Shown: positions 41,790 through 55,941 of the stretch, one piece after another | Numbering within the stretch: the first letter of the stretch is position 1 | Layout of the letters: the number at the start of each line of letters is the position of its first letter | Source of the DNA: Octopus sinensis | Taxonomy: Eukaryota | Direction of reading: 5' to 3' | Assembly: GCF_006345805.1 (NCBI RefSeq) | Contig: NC_043008.1 | Location: 27,094,001 to 27,158,000, forward strand | DNA length: 64,000 nt | Made by a program: the position numbers and the translations under genes | Notes under the pieces: generated by a model | The model's database searches: none | What the model saw: the letters and a program-made list of their open reading frames with translations, nothing else | What the model was told of the DNA's origin: nothing

Positions 41790-42663
41790 TTATGTTTTTT
41801 GTGAAATTACTGTCTGACATTTCAAAAGCACTTTTTCGGGTTTGATTTAAGATGTTATATTTGTAGTATTTTAGACGAGATTTTTCATGCTTAATAATGG
41901 ATGTATACTTAATAATATTTTATTGATTTCATTCAGAATATAACTCTGAAGTGTAGAAATTCTTAATTACAAGCATGAAAAATGAAGAAATGCGTTTTCT
42001 TCTTTTTGCATGAATTCAACCTTGGACACATTGCTTCTCACACAGCCGCCAATATTACCAGAGTATGAGGTGAGGTGTCCACTAGTGATCGGACGGTACG
42101 AAAATGGTTTGAGAGTTTCTATAGTGGGGATGAGAGGTTTGAAGTTCAAGAAGGTAGGGGACGTCCATCCACCATTGTTGATCAGCATTTGAAAATAATT
42201 GTTTTCTGAAACCTAGGCTTACTGTCAGCAGCTGAAGAAATGCATTTTACCTTTAGGAAAATGAGACAGGCATTTAAAAATCAGCGTGGTCTCATTCTAC
42301 TCCACAAAAATACTCGAGTGCATGTTTCCAGCACGAGACTGCAGAAGCCCACAGAGTTCGGATATGAGACTTTACGACATCTTCCATATTTTCCTAATCT
42401 TTCACCCACTGATGACCGCTTTTCAAGCATCTGGGAAATTTTTAAAGGCAAAGACCTTCCGTTACACAAACGCGTTTGAAATCGAAAGAAAAGAGATTTT
42501 GTTATCTTGTATCGAAGAAGCATCAATGACATTTTTAATCAATGAGAAGACTGCATAACTGTTCAGGGATAATATTTTGAATAACCAGATGATGGTATAA
42601 GTTCATTTAAAAAAAATTATAGGTGTATTTTAAAAATCAGCCATAATTTCCCGAACAACCTAA
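41790..42663 (+). mobile_element. Internally deleted mariner
   Basis: Right TIR AAAAATCAGCCATAATTTCCCGAACAACCTAA, degenerate left TIR. MKNEEMRFL..HEFNLGH..DRTVRKWFESFYSGD..EGRGRPS joined to LILLHKNTRVH..HLPYFPNLSPTD; first-D region missing. Confidence 0.85.
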
Positions 42664-42748
42664 TAAACAAAGTGGGTGGAAAGTACCAAGTCATTAGAAA
42701 TTGCTTATAGAATTTTTAGTGTCACTGATCTCTTTCTCTCACTCACTT

Positions 42749-42782
<34 letters not shown>

Positions 42783-42944
42783 TCTCTCACTATATATATA
42801 TATACATATATATTACAAATGATCAGTTAGGTCATATGACATTTGACTGACAAGTAATAATTATGTTAGAAAATGACGTCTCAAAAATTGGAAATACATA
42901 TTGTTAATTCATTCCTATTTGTGTGTGCTTGTGTGTATATATAA

Positions 42945-43028
<84 letters not shown>

Positions 43029-43031
43029 ATA

Positions 43032-43582
43032 GTGGGTTGGCCGGAAAGTTCGTGCCGATTTATAGTAACTTACCTTTCGACATATTTTAGAACAAGGTTG
43101 AGTCAATAAAATAGGATTTGACTACATCATTTAGAACAGAGTTTATGCTATCTTTTCCTGAAAGAAGGTTTATGTTCATATAATCTGTGTTAATTCTGTA
43201 AATAGAAGATGATAAAGTTCATTTTCGGCACTTGATGCTTTGGCAACCAGACAAAAATTGCTGCAGCTCGGCTGGGATGTGTTACCCACCCTCCATATTC
43301 ACCAGATATTGCTCCTTCGGATTTCCCCTTATTCAGGTCTCTGCAGAATAGTCTTAATGGTGAAAATTTCAATTCCTTGGATGAGGTAAAAAGATATCTT
43401 GATAAATTCTTTGCCATGAAACCACCTCAATTCTGGGAAGAGGATATTTTCAAGTTAAACGGAAGATGGAGATGCATTGTGCAACAAAATGTTTATATTT
43501 GGTTGATTAAAAATGTAATGCCAAGTATTTATTGACCTTTTTCTTTCCTTTAAAAATCGGCACGAACTTTCCGGACAACCAA
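43032..43582 (+). mobile_element. 551-bp mariner deletion derivative
   Basis: TIRs (G/T)TGG(G)TTG(G/T)CCGGAAAGTTCGTGCCGATTT, TA on both sides. N-terminal EDDKVHFRHLML fused to ATRQKLLQLGWDV..HPPYSPDIAPSDFPLFRSLQN. Confidence 0.9.
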
Positions 43583-43636
43583 TATATACAGATATGTATT
43601 TATATATAAGTATATATATATAATACACATATATAT

Positions 43637-43717
<81 letters not shown>

Positions 43718-43749
43718 TACATATATATATCTGTCTGTCTCTCTCTTCC

Positions 43750-44160
43750 TTGTTGCTCACACGTGACCATCGTACATCTTTCTTTTCATGTGCGGATGAT
43801 TAGAAGAATGGACTTTTACCTCTCTCTCTTCCATCTTTTCTCTTTTAAAAAATATGTCTCTTTCAGGGTTCCCTATTTCCTCTCGTTCTGGTCTAACGAC
43901 CCTCTACGTCTGGATGTCTCCACTATTCTCTTTTCTTCTTCCAAAATTTGACCCTCCATAAATCCCAAACTTTATTTTAGAATTTATAGGAGCAACTGTC
44001 ATTGAAGTCTCATATTGTCGTTGAATGCTCGAAATGAGTAGTAGATGGACAGCCGAAAACTGAGGAAGGGTACTTTCTGTGTGTTTACTTACCTATTTTC
44101 CATTTCTTTCTCGTTGTTTACCTATTTCATGTTATTTGCAGCTTCGGTGACACCCCGTAC
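43750..44160 (+). repeat. Dispersed repeat (family of 3297-3925)
   Basis: See 3297-3925. Confidence 0.65.
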
Positions 44161-44845
44161 GAATATATGCATGTATATATATATATTTATATATACGCAC
44201 ACACACACACACACACACACCACACAGCGCCAAATTGAGGGAGTGTTTATGGTTAGGTTACATATGTTTCTTAGCTAGCTGATACCGTGATGCAACAGTT
44301 AGTGAACGAGGAGTGTTCCCTTTCAGTTCACATGGGTAGTGAGTCAGTTTGTAAATTCCAAGCGACAATGTAATCTTCATTCCATTAAGGTAATATCGGC
44401 CTGATGGTTTTCTAAGCTAAGCTCCCCTAGCTGAGCAGCTATTACATGAGAGGTCAGTTAGCTAAGAGACACATATAACCCACATTTTACCCATTCCACT
44501 CCCTCAATTTTGATTTTTCTTCGCATTTGTAGTAACTCTAGTTGGTAACCGTGAGCTATAAAGAAGCTATCAGCTTTTCAAATTTCTGTGTAATATCGAC
44601 ATAGGAAAAAGTGTTTGAGCTTTGATCCCAATTACTTGTTATTGTTCCTTATCTTGCACTGTCCGCTTTTCGTTCATTACCTACAATGGACCGCATGAAG
44701 CTTACAAACTTCATATACTTGAATCCCTGGATCTTACCGTTGCGTGTCTACCTATCTGTCTGTCTGTCTTTTTATCAGCTTGTCTGCCTGTATGCCAATC
44801 TCATCCCTCTGTGTGTGTTAGTCTTTCTGTGTGTGTGTGTGTGTT

Positions 44846-45680
44846 CCATTGGCAAACATGCTTTTATCTTGCTTGTCAAAAACTTTACCAACTGCAGATA
44901 TCATCACAAGAATACTGATTCCCAGCCAAGTTGTTTTCATGTTGGGGAACAGATGATAGTCGGATGGGGCCAAATCAGGAGAATAGGGAGTGTGATGAAC
45001 ATGTTAAAAACCACTGTGACGCGCAGCAGCCATTGAAACAAAGGAATTGTGTACTGGAGCATTGTCGTAATAAAGCAAAACACCTTTCGTCAGTTTCCCA
45101 AGGCTTTTGGTCTTGGCAGACTTTCGTAACTATCTTGGCAAGTTGGAAAAGTATTCTCTATGGATGGTGTGACCTTTTGAAGAAAGTCAAGGTCATCACA
45201 TCCCCAGCAAATGAAATGACTATGGCCTTCTTCGGAGTCGTTGAGGAGGGGTGTTTTTACTGCATAGCTTCTCTTTCGATTCTACCTCAGAATGATGAAG
45301 ACAACATACATCCTGGTTTAAGAAACGTTCAGGGAAACCAGCTGGACCTGCCTCAAACTCGTAACATGGTGCGCTTTTGATCAGGTGTCAGAGGAGGTGG
45401 TACTCACAGAGCAAAGACTTTCGTCATGCCAATTTCATTATTTAGAATATTCTCAACTCTCTCACGGGGTATGCTAATAGCATTGGCTATTTGGTTTATA
45501 GTCAGTCGCTTGTCATCCATCAGCGTGTGGTGTACACGATCAATGTCGTGGTGGCATTTGTAGGAAGTCCAGGTTTTGGTCATCTTCTTGAATGACCCTT
45601 CCCTCCCAAATTTAGCTAACCACTTTTGCACTATTAAGAAAGCAGGAGCGTCACCCCTAATGTAGTAACCATGTCAGTAT
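44846..45680 (-). pseudogene. Degenerate mariner transposase
   Basis: MQKWLAKF, DDKRLTINQIANAISIPRERVENIL, PKKAIVISFAGDVM, GVLLYYDNAPVH, HHTPYSPDLAPSDYHLFPNMK. No TIRs found. Confidence 0.85.
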
Positions 45681-47736
45681 TTTAAATAAAATAACTTTCT
45701 TTTAAGAATTGATGCTGAATTACATTAATGCAAACTGACTTTCGAGTATGACGCTATTCTAAAATTGTAAATCCTCTCATAATACATCTTATTTTAAATT
45801 ATATTCTCTCTATTAAAAAGGAAGGAATTGGGCCCCAGTAAATAAAACATCTATTTTGATGAAAGCAAATCAATATATAACTGTAAAATACCAAAACTGG
45901 ATTGCTTACAGCTAATCAGTTTCTTGAGATACCTCAAGTGTTAAATCTGAAGTGAATTTAGTGAAATGTGCCAAGTCGCTTATAGCTTTAAACATAAATA
46001 CACATATACAAATCTTAGATACACACGAAACTATGCTTCAGAGAACTTCATTTAATTCTCATTGTACAATAACTGACAAACATTATTCTAATTCTTTCTG
46101 CAGCGGGTGATAGAAAAGTGTCTAATTGCTGGAAAACTTGTACTGATATTCTAATTAAACCTGTTTAAATATTTTCCATTATCAAATTGAAAGAACATAC
46201 GGTTTTCTCTACCCTCAATATGTTGAAGGACAGAATTTGTATTAAGCTCCAATTAAATGTATTGCTTTTGCAATTGATAAACTTTAATTAGAAACATTTA
46301 ATCAGAATACAGTTGCTTCATTTTAATGTTTTATATGTTTTAAATAAAAAAAGAAAGAAACGTTAGTGAGGGGAGAAACCTTTTCTAAGTGTGGGCTTAA
46401 TGCATTAAATTATTTTAATTTTCTGATTTATAGTCGTTAATTAAAAAAATTTAATTGAAGCACATTATATTCATTCTAAAGCTGATCCGGTGTTATTTCT
46501 AAATATGAATTAGGTGTTCTACTTTAAATAAACACATTGGAAATGGGAGAAAATAGAATGATTTCAATGAAGATTATACATTACTTAATGCTGATGAGAT
46601 GATTACGGCACGTTACTCTTCCTGTATCTATTATGTATATATTGCTGTCATTAACTGTATGAAAAGGAAATATTATCATTAAAACACCTGAGGTACAGCG
46701 TAGTTAAGTATTTTACTGATTGGATTTCTTGAATTTTTTCACAAAGTTTACAAAAGTTTGAAAATTGTTCGTGTGTGTAATAATCTCTCACAATACAGAA
46801 ATATAATATTACACGTCATATATGAGTTTCAATTTTTCAGGTTATAATAATATAACATATTTTTTTATATGTATTGTTATATCTATTACAAACAAACATA
46901 CAAACAGTCAAAAGAGTATATTTGGAATTCAAACACAAAATAGGACTCTTGTACGATATAATTAATATTAATTTCAATAATCACAAACAAAAATGTTTTG
47001 CAAAACAAATGCAATCAAATACTAAGTTACACGAACATATAATCATACTTTATAAATGTTAAAATTATTTTCAAACGCATTTTGACTTTTTCATTTGTTT
47101 CTAGATCTATATATTTTTGCTTTGTTTCCCTTTCCATCATTAGAAAGGCTAACGTCGTACATGTGAGACACTGATTTTGTTTTTAATCACGATTTTAAAA
47201 TTTATTTTAGATTTCTAATACGCATTGTTTTGTACACAAACACTCACATTCACACACATAAACGTTGTTCAGCAAATCAAAACACATAATATATTTAAGC
47301 GTTATGAATATAACATACACAATTCCTTAAGGAATTGGAGAGAATAAATTAAGATTTACTTTCAGAGTAAGATGATCGACTAAACTGTCGCCACTTTTAG
47401 CACCATTTTACAGGGTGCCATTAACTATATACAAAGCCGACCGTCGGTAACAGAGATTTCCAAGAAAATAAAGGTATGTGTGAGTGGAATGCATATTTGG
47501 CTTGAATAAATTTGTAAATTTGTGGTACTTAAGATTAGGTTGCATTTCTTGAATTGTCAAAAACTTTTGAGTTTAAAGAAATCTTAAATATTAAAAAATA
47601 CTTTTATTAATGTTTGTTTTATTATATTACAATTATGTTTAATTCTATTGTTGCTAGATGTATTATCTCAGTATATTTGATAAGGAATCAAGGGATGGAG
47701 ACATATTTAGATAGTATTAATAGATGTCCTGTATTC

Positions 47737-47805
47737 CTTCCTTCCTTCCTTCCTTCCTTCCATCCATCAATCCTTCTTTCCTTCCTTCACTCATTCATTC
47801 ATTCA
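47737..47805. repeat. (CCTT)n/(CATT)n tetranucleotide microsatellite
   Basis: Direct reading. Confidence 0.85.
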
Positions 47806-47832
47806 CTCATTTCTTCACAGATAACTCTCACA

Positions 47833-47960
47833 AGCGTTGCTGTGTGGTAAGAAGCATGCTTCCCAACAACATGGTTCCGGGTTCACTTCCACAGTGTGGC
47901 ACTTATTATTGCCTCGGTCCAACAAAAGACTTGTTAGTGGATTTGGTAGACGGAAAGTTG
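47833..47960 (+). mobile_element. SINE family A, 5' half
   Basis: GTTGCTGTGTGGTAAGAAGC...GGGTTCACTTCC...GTGGATTTGGTAGACGGAAA. Confidence 0.8.
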
Positions 47961-48263
47961 TTATTTGAAGTACTGGATTTCTTCATTATTCTCGCTCTCG
48001 AAAAAAAGGAAGAATGAAATGCCTGGGCAGTATTTGAACTAATACTATAAGACTTTATAATCGACGTACTAACAAATATTTAAATACCTCTGTATCTATG
48101 CGTTTATACCACCCCATACAAACACATACACATGCGTGCACCGACATAGCGACGCCCACGCACTTATCTGCACACATATATGAACACACATGTATTGGTT
48201 AAATCCCAAAGTATTTAAACTTTTTGTTGAAGATATAAAAAGCAGCAATAGTAACTTATTACA

Positions 48264-48440
48264 CAGAGTGGCTGTGAGGTAAGAAAATTGCTTCCCAACC
48301 AAATGATTCCGGGTTCAGTCTTACTGCGTGGTACCTTGGACAAATGTCTTCTACTATAGCCTGTAGCCGACCAAAGTGTTGTGAGGGAAACTGAAAGAAG
48401 TCCGTCTTATATATATGTATATATATATATATATATATAC

Positions 48441-48500
<60 letters not shown>

Positions 48501-48740
48501 ATGTGCGTGTGTGAGTGTGTGTGTGTGTCTTTATGACTGTGTTTGTTCCCCGCCACCGCTTGACAATCGGTGTTGATGTGTTTACGTCCCCGTAACTTAG
48601 TGGTTCGGCAAAAGAGAACAATAGAGTAAATACCATGCTTTTAAAATTCCTGAGGTTAATTTGTTCAACTAAATCTCTTCAAGGCGGTGCTACAGCATGG
48701 CCGCAGTCAAATGACAGAAGCAAGTAAAAGAACAAAGGAA
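48264..48740 (+). mobile_element. SINE family A, full length
   Basis: Head GAGTGGCTGTGAGGTAAG, internal (TA)n(TG)n, tail AAGGCGGTGCTACAGCATGGCCGCAGTCAAATGA. Confidence 0.88.
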
Positions 48741-48750
48741 TATATATATA

Positions 48751-48801
<51 letters not shown>

Positions 48802-49639
48802 CACCGTTCTGCCAAATTTTTCTGAAGACTTCATGATACCATCGTTTTGAAGTCGCTTATTTCAGTTCGACCAAAGTATCATTTAATTTCTCACCGACGA
48901 AAATGATCCAAAATGCGAAATAAAAATAATCTCATAACACAAGATCACAGGTATGAGGGAGTATTCAAGCTGTTCTCAGCCTGATTCATGAATGTTAGAA
49001 CATTCTTGTGGTAAGTGAAAACCTATTATCTACATAGAAAACTACAAACTTTCGAGTGAAATTAAGACTGGGCAGTACACTTCTCAATGGATGCGTCTGA
49101 GTGGATGAAGAGCAGAAACTCCTACTGCTAACATTTGTATTATATATTCCATGTACCTGAATTTGTGATGGAGATATGCGGAATACCTCACTCACCGCAA
49201 CAAGTTTATCATGAAATCGGTCGAATTGTTCAGTGTATGTATGGGAGAATGTCAGAATGAAATCTTCACTTTCTTTTTTTAGCAATGTGTTTGGCAAACT
49301 GAAAAGCAAGCTCATATCCAAGTCGATTGGCAATCAAGTTTGTAGAGGTTTCCGAAACAAACTTGGTCGAAAGTGATAACACTGATCTTCTCAGGTTTTG
49401 CTCCTTTTATGATCACTGGATATGTTGAAGAGACGTAACCTTATAGCACAACTGCTCTATGACCATTCAAATGTCCCAGTATAAATTCAAGGTCCGACAG
49501 AGCTTGTTTGTGAGCCACTGTGTGTTCGTCCTAAGCAATCATCAGGCATTTCCTAAGAACATTTTGGCTTCCCATATCTTGGAAAGTTTGTAATATAAAA
49601 CCCAGAAGATGAGAAGTAGAAAATGCTGTATGGCCTAAT

Positions 49640-50560
49640 GGAAGAAGCATAGTGGAGATACCTGGAGAAGCAATTGCAATATCTCTGCCGTTATCGTAAC
49701 ACATTCAGCTAAGTCGGATATTTAAGAATGCTTTTGCAGCCCACAGGGTGCACCAAGGTAGTAAATTCTAACTTCTTGTCGTGTTCGATCAAAATAGCAA
49801 CGTAGGCTTTTCTTACTTCTGCGATAGGTGTGTGTTCATTGCCATTGATTTTCGTTGTTTATGTATAAAAATCTTTGTTTCTCTTGAGATTTCGATCGGT
49901 GACTTACAGACAACTGTCTTGAATCCTTTTCAAAATGTTAATAAAAGCTGCATTGTAAATTTCCTGTGTGTGCCGTATTTTGATGTCAAGGTATACGTGT
50001 TGAACTTTGACGGTTGAAAACTTCAGAAATCTCTTCGTTATAAAGTAGTGCAAATAGTAAGTGCATTAGATAGTTTCCCACACGCTCATTGCATGGCCAA
50101 GAGAACGTTTGGCAGACTGACATACAGAAAACGCTGATAATATTGTATCCAGTGCCATCGAGAGGCATAAGCCTCACGGGGACTTGGAACCTAATTCTGA
50201 ACTATGTGTTGTGGTTTGCTGTCAATAAATGTATGCTATATGGTTCAATCCACCGAGTAGTTTAGAAGCCGATAAAGTTGTTGAGGAAGCTCTGAATGCA
50301 TTCCACTGGGTATAATTCTCCGCGTCTGAACCAATACTCTCTATAAGTAGAGCAAATTTCCTCATGCATTCTTCAAATACCTTTGAAGTGAAATTGGTCT
50401 TTATAATTCACAGAAGTCATATATAGTCGTAGAATATACGTTCCTGCAATGTTTATGTTAAACTTCATAATTTTCCATTGATTATCGGGCAGCCTGGATA
50501 TGCACAAAGACCATTATAAAAATATCTTACTGGGGTTGTGTTTCATGGATGTTTTGCTTG
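49640..50560 (+). mobile_element. Highly degenerate RTE-like LINE RT/3' fragment
   Basis: Frameshifted pieces VTHS..NAFAA, LTVENFRNL (cf. VExFxYLG), R-IAMAKRTFGRLT (cf. RIxKAxxAFGRL). Confidence 0.4.
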
Positions 50561-51242
50561 ATGTGCACATGTTGTTGGAGTAAAGCTTTTGCATATTTTC
50601 AAAGTGGATAGTAAGTAACTAAATGTTACAATTTATTTTATGAATGGAAAAAGTGAAAAATTCATTGGGAACCTAAATACCAGTCATATTTTGGCTGTTG
50701 CAATTTGCAAAGTTGATATTGCTTATTTTGCAGCAGCAAAGTTACTAATATTTTTACGGACGTATTTTATGGACTGAAAATTGATGTGTGCATTAAATGA
50801 CACTATCGGACACTAAAGAACTATCCAACTGTAATTTATATTATTCCCTCTAACATGTTTTCGAAGTCACGTTCTCTGGTGTTATGTATGTCATACAGAT
50901 AGTATTATTGACTTTTCTAATGCATATAAAAGTGGATACTTTTTGGTTCGTTTGTTTTCCATGCAAAGTGAATTCTTATGTGTACTCGGGATTTATCAAT
51001 ACAGTCAGCATCTTACAACTACCAGAGTTTAGAAGCAAATACGATGGAATACATTTCTTAACATTTATTTATTCATCAGATGAAGTAGGAAGTCTTTTCT
51101 TTCTACATTACATGAAGGACATTTGATGCCTAATTGGTTCAAATATATGGCGCTTAGTGATCAAGTGAATGTTTCCTTAGTTTTAGTTTTAAGGAGAAAA
51201 CACTGGTAATGGCAATATCAGTGTGTTTTCCTTATATATATT

Positions 51243-52072
51243 TGAGGAGGTACCCCGAAGTAACCGGATACGTTCTCTGTATGACAAGCCCATGGTAGAC
51301 AAGCTATGACCCTCCTCCGGCATCAGTCTGCAGACCGGCGTTATTGGCTGACAACGTACTGCCACATGTTACGCTTCTATTTTGCAGCGCTTCTTCCCTG
51401 TTCGTCGATTTTCGTGATGGATGCAACGAAAGAACAGCGTGCTTCCGTGAAATTTTTTTGCTGGGGAAAAGGTAGCCGAAAAAGATGTTATGCTTCAAAC
51501 AACTTACAAGGATGCAGCAATGAGAAAAAAACAATCTTATGTGTGGTTTACAAGCTTTAAAAATGCTCCTTTGTCGCTTGAAGACCAACCTCAATCAGGA
51601 CGACTGTCGAGCTCCCGAACGAATGAAAACATCATGAACATTCATGTACTGATCTTGGAGGATCGTCCCTGAACAATTGACGTGTCCTGGAGCTCTTGCT
51701 TGCGAATTTTGAACGAGGATTTGCGAATGAAAAGAATTGTAGCAAAATTTGTGCCTCATTTGCTCATGGAAGATGAAAAGCCGTCACGATTGAATGCGTC
51801 TTGTGAATTGAAAGAACAGTTGGAAATTGATCCGGACCTGTTTGGAAGGTCATCACTGGTGACGAAAGATGGTGCTACAAAATTTTAAAATGTGGAAAAG
51901 ATGAAGAAAAAAACCACGGAAGCATTAAAAGGCATCACTTCGCAAGAGTTCTAGCATTGCTGGACCGATACGTTGCTTCAAATGAATAATTTGAAGGCGA
52001 TAAAAGTATAAACATATAAAACTGAATGAAATAATATTGCAAAATTCCAGTTTCTTTTGGGTATACCCTTTA
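51243..52072 (+). mobile_element. Internally deleted mariner
   Basis: Degenerate TIRs GAGGAGGTACCCCGAAGTAACCGGAT / ATTCCAGTTTCTTTTGGGTATACCC. MDATKEQRASVKFF..YVWFTSFK..QSGR..IVAKFVPHLL..VITGDERWCY fused to the C-terminal KKKTTEALKGI. Confidence 0.85.
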
Positions 52073-52236
52073 ATAGACGTGCGAGTGAAAGAAATATACA
52101 AATGAGATTGCAAATGTAAGTGATCAGATACAGAAATCTGAAGATACAAGAAAAAAAAATTAGAGAGTGAAAGATATGATAATTTTAAAATACAAAAGAG
52201 AAAAGTGATGATAAAGAGCAGAATAGAAGAAAGAAA

Positions 52237-52237
<1 letters not shown>

Positions 52238-52322
<85 letters not shown>

Positions 52323-52345
52323 AGACAGACATACAGAGACAGACA
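52238..52345. repeat. Compound (GT)n(GA)n(GACA)n microsatellite
   Basis: Direct reading. Confidence 0.9.
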
Positions 52346-53896
52346 GAAGGAAGTGAAAAGGAATATTAATGCCAGAAACGGTTAAGATTATAAAAGAGAG
52401 TAGAAAGGGAAGTAAAACTCAGGTATAAAAACATATTAGGTGATAGGTGCGCAAAGACAGACAGGAAACGCATGGTCAGTATGCATGTATGTATTTATTC
52501 TATGTTTATTTGTATGTTTGTATGTATATATGAATGCATGAATATATGAATATATGATTGTGCTACAGTTTTTGTTTGTGTGTTCCTTTGTCAGTGTAAG
52601 CAAGTGAGTGTACACGTAGGTGGACAAGTGTGTAGCAGCATTGCGACAATATAAGTTATTCGTAGAATATACTCAAAACCTGGCGTTTAAATTATGTGGC
52701 AAATCTGCAATAACAGTGAAATTTTATTGAAATTATATAATTGTAGCTCCGTTTGCAGAATGGATCATCTAGATTATAAGTACAGAGGTTATTCAGGTTG
52801 TTTCCACAAGGTTACTAATGCGGTTATTGAATGTGTATTTGAAGTGTAAAACTATCAATATCCAATGTTAAATCGTCGGTATATAATATTAAATTGAGAA
52901 GCACTTTACGCCTTCCTGATTTTATCATTCGAGTAAATGTCGAACTAGTGATATTTTGTCATGATTTTATTTCCACTTCTTTTATTATAATCATAACGAG
53001 AAAGTTTTTTGAATACATGCAAATTTGAGATGTATAAAATTTCTATAATACCTACTTCATCACACAAACTTTTGTTGGAATATTTTGTTGTCGAATATCG
53101 GATATCTAGAGCTTAATATTTTTCTCTTCCATATCACCTGAAGCTAAAACATTATTTTGCATAATTCATCACTACAATGCACCATTAAATAAATTTATGT
53201 AAGTTCTTGCCATGAAAACATCTAGAGATGTATCCTATAAATTTGGCATTTCTTCGTGAATTTTTAAATAATTGATGCTTGCATTTGATTTCAAAACAAT
53301 AGTAGTGGAGTTTTAACCAGTCATTCTTTTCTATAAAATTCTATTTATTCATTATAATATTATTATGGTACTCCTCTTACTAACCTTAACACATCTTTCG
53401 GTTGTCGTAAAATTGTTAGTTTTGAAGATAGTTGCGAAGATAAAGGGGTTTCAGATATTTACCTAGATGTTAATACACAGTACATTAGTACACATTGTGT
53501 TACAATACAGAGATAAGGCCACTGTATTGTAATATACGTGTTTCGCTCCAGGTAACCAGTATGCTGGCTAGCATGCAATCATTCTTTAGTAGTTAGTTCG
53601 ATAAAACATAGACTTATGCATGACAGTGATAAAGGTACAGGTGTGTGTTTGAACAAGTTCTGAAAAAATATGATATCGGGTTCATCAATCTAAGCAGAAG
53701 TTTTAGCAAAGCTCAGTTGTGAAACACTTGACCAAAATTTCATAGTTGGAATTCAGTTGATTGGAATTGTGCAAACTACTCGCGCGCGCATTCGTGTGTA
53801 TGTGCGCACGTGTAGTCGTATGTACATATGAATATGTCTATATGTCTTTGTATATATATATATACATATATATTTATATACATATATATATATAAA

Positions 53897-54142
53897 ATAA
53901 TAAATGTACCTTTTTAAAGCCTAGCCAGGCCCATGGGCCCGGTTTCCATGGCGTATATGTTCCCCAGCTGGACGGGACGCCAGTCCATCGCAGCTTTACT
54001 CATTTTCGCCAGCTGAGTGAACTGGAGCAACGTGAAATGAAGTGTTTTGCTCAAGAACACAACGTGTCGCCCGGTCCGGGAATCGAAACCACAATCTTAC
54101 GATCATGATGCTGAGACCCTAACCCTTAAGCCACACACCTCC
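53897..54142 (-). mobile_element. tRNA-derived SINE family B with a V-domain-like core
   Basis: Reverse complement: GTGGCTTAAGGG (A-like), GGTTTCGATTCC (B), GTTCTTGAGCAAAACACTT, GCGATGGACTGGCGTCCCGTCCAG (resembles the V-SINE domain from memory). A central fragment recurs at ~56021-56090. Confidence 0.85.
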
Positions 54143-54372
54143 ACACACACACACACATACACTCACACACACACACAAACACACATACATATATATCAGG
54201 TCTTCCCATAAGTTCTGTCCAATTTTACTTTTTTTTAAATTTAATGAAATTTAATAGTATTTTAGAATACATAATGGAATTAAAAATTATTTTTATGCAT
54301 TTGTGTACATTTGAACTAATTACATATTATCTTACAGAATAATAAAATTAATATTTCTTTAATTAATAGCAA

Positions 54373-54650
54373 TCTCATTGTCTCTGTAGCAGATTTTCCA
54401 AGTTTGATGCAAAATTTCACGTTGGATCTTTGTTCCAACTTGTCGCCATGATAAAATCGCAGATTCAGCATACTCGCGATTACAAAAACATAAATTTTAC
54501 AACTTGCGGATTATTAACAGCAATGTTATTCAGCACATCAGCACACTACCTAATGAAGGTCACTGCTACCACTCACTGAGCATACAACCGTATGCTGCCA
54601 TCTGTTGGCTTATTACAGAATTAGTCCGGGGACCTTTTAATATCACCTCG
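54373..54650 (-). mobile_element. Mariner 5' end fragment
   Basis: TA plus TIR CGAGGTGATATTAAAAGGTCCCCGGACT; encodes KLEQRSNVKFCIKLGKSATETM and then breaks off. Confidence 0.8.
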
Positions 54651-55542
54651 TATGTGTAAGAAATTTGAACTTCTCATGAGTAAATGCTTATTACTTTTAA
54701 TAGTTAGATTTTAATAACACTTACTTTAATACTTCTACACACACACATATGTACAAGACAAAAGCACCATATATTCATACAATTACATCTATAAATGTAC
54801 ACATATATATACATTCAACCATAATACAAACATAATTGTATGTATCTAAAATTTTGTCAAGTTATGAAAGAGTTAGTATCGATAGTGAAATAATTTTCCT
54901 CATGAGGCATTCTTAATATATCTAAGAAAATTGTAATCGTTTTTGTTATCAAATAGCTACAAAATGTTACAGTGTTTAACGATCTTTGGTGTTTTTACGA
55001 TTATTCGTTGTCAAAATCTGACACAGTTCAGGTGTGAAATATAGTTTGTTTATGTATAAGAGTATTGTCAAATTTCAGATAAGTGTTAAATGGAATATAT
55101 TCTAAACAAAACCACATTGTCTACATTGAACGGCAGAAACAATGAAGCAATTAAGAAAAAAATTTTTTTTAGAAATTTAGAAGTATCAATAATTTAAAGA
55201 TATAGTTGTGGTTTTAGTCTGTGATACTTCTGTGTGATTATCAAGTAAAAGAAAGAAATGCTGAATATCATATTTTGTTGCATTTAGTTATCATAAAGAA
55301 AATCATACACCAGGAAATCAAAACGAAAGGTTCAAAACAATGTTTTAACTTCAAATGTTTTAGCACATTTGTACACTGTTGTCATATATTTAGCAACCAG
55401 TTTCTCACTCCTTCTGGGATATTCTTTCAGCTAACTTGATAAAAATTAAGGGCATCCTTTATTCTCTTCTCTTTGTTTATCTCCCTCTCACTTTATATAT
55501 ACATGCACATGTATATCTGTGTTACATCTTTTATATTTTAGT

Positions 55543-55941
55543 TGTAAATGAATTAAAGATTCTAAATTAGTATAGAAAAAAACAAATTTCTCATGTTGCA
55601 TTATCTATTGCCTTGAACTTAGGTATTCTGTCACCTATATGTAACGTATATGGTTTTGAGATTTGCCGCTGTCGTTCTACAAATAGCCATTTTGCGTTTT
55701 ACATCTCCATATTCTACAACTGGACAACTAAATGTACATTCTTATCATTATATGTATTTTATTTTAAATCAAGCATCTCTCAATCTTAGAATATCTTATG
55801 TTTTTGGATCCTCTGATAATCTATGATGCATTCTACACTAAAAATGCATATATGTCACTTAGTTATTGATTCAGTATAGATAATGCAACATGAAACATTT
55901 GCTTTCTTCTATACTAATTTAGAATCTTTGATTCATTTACA
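55543..55941. mobile_element. MITE-like element with ~66-bp inverted termini
   Basis: 55543-55608 is the reverse complement of 55876-55941 (TGTAAATGAAT.AAAGATTCTAAATTAGTATAGAA...CATGTTGCATTATCTAT). No clear TSD. Confidence 0.65.

Noticed and set aside
54194-54220. TIR-like ATCAGGTCTTCCCATAAGTTCTGTCC
   Set aside because: No partner TIR or transposase in the window.
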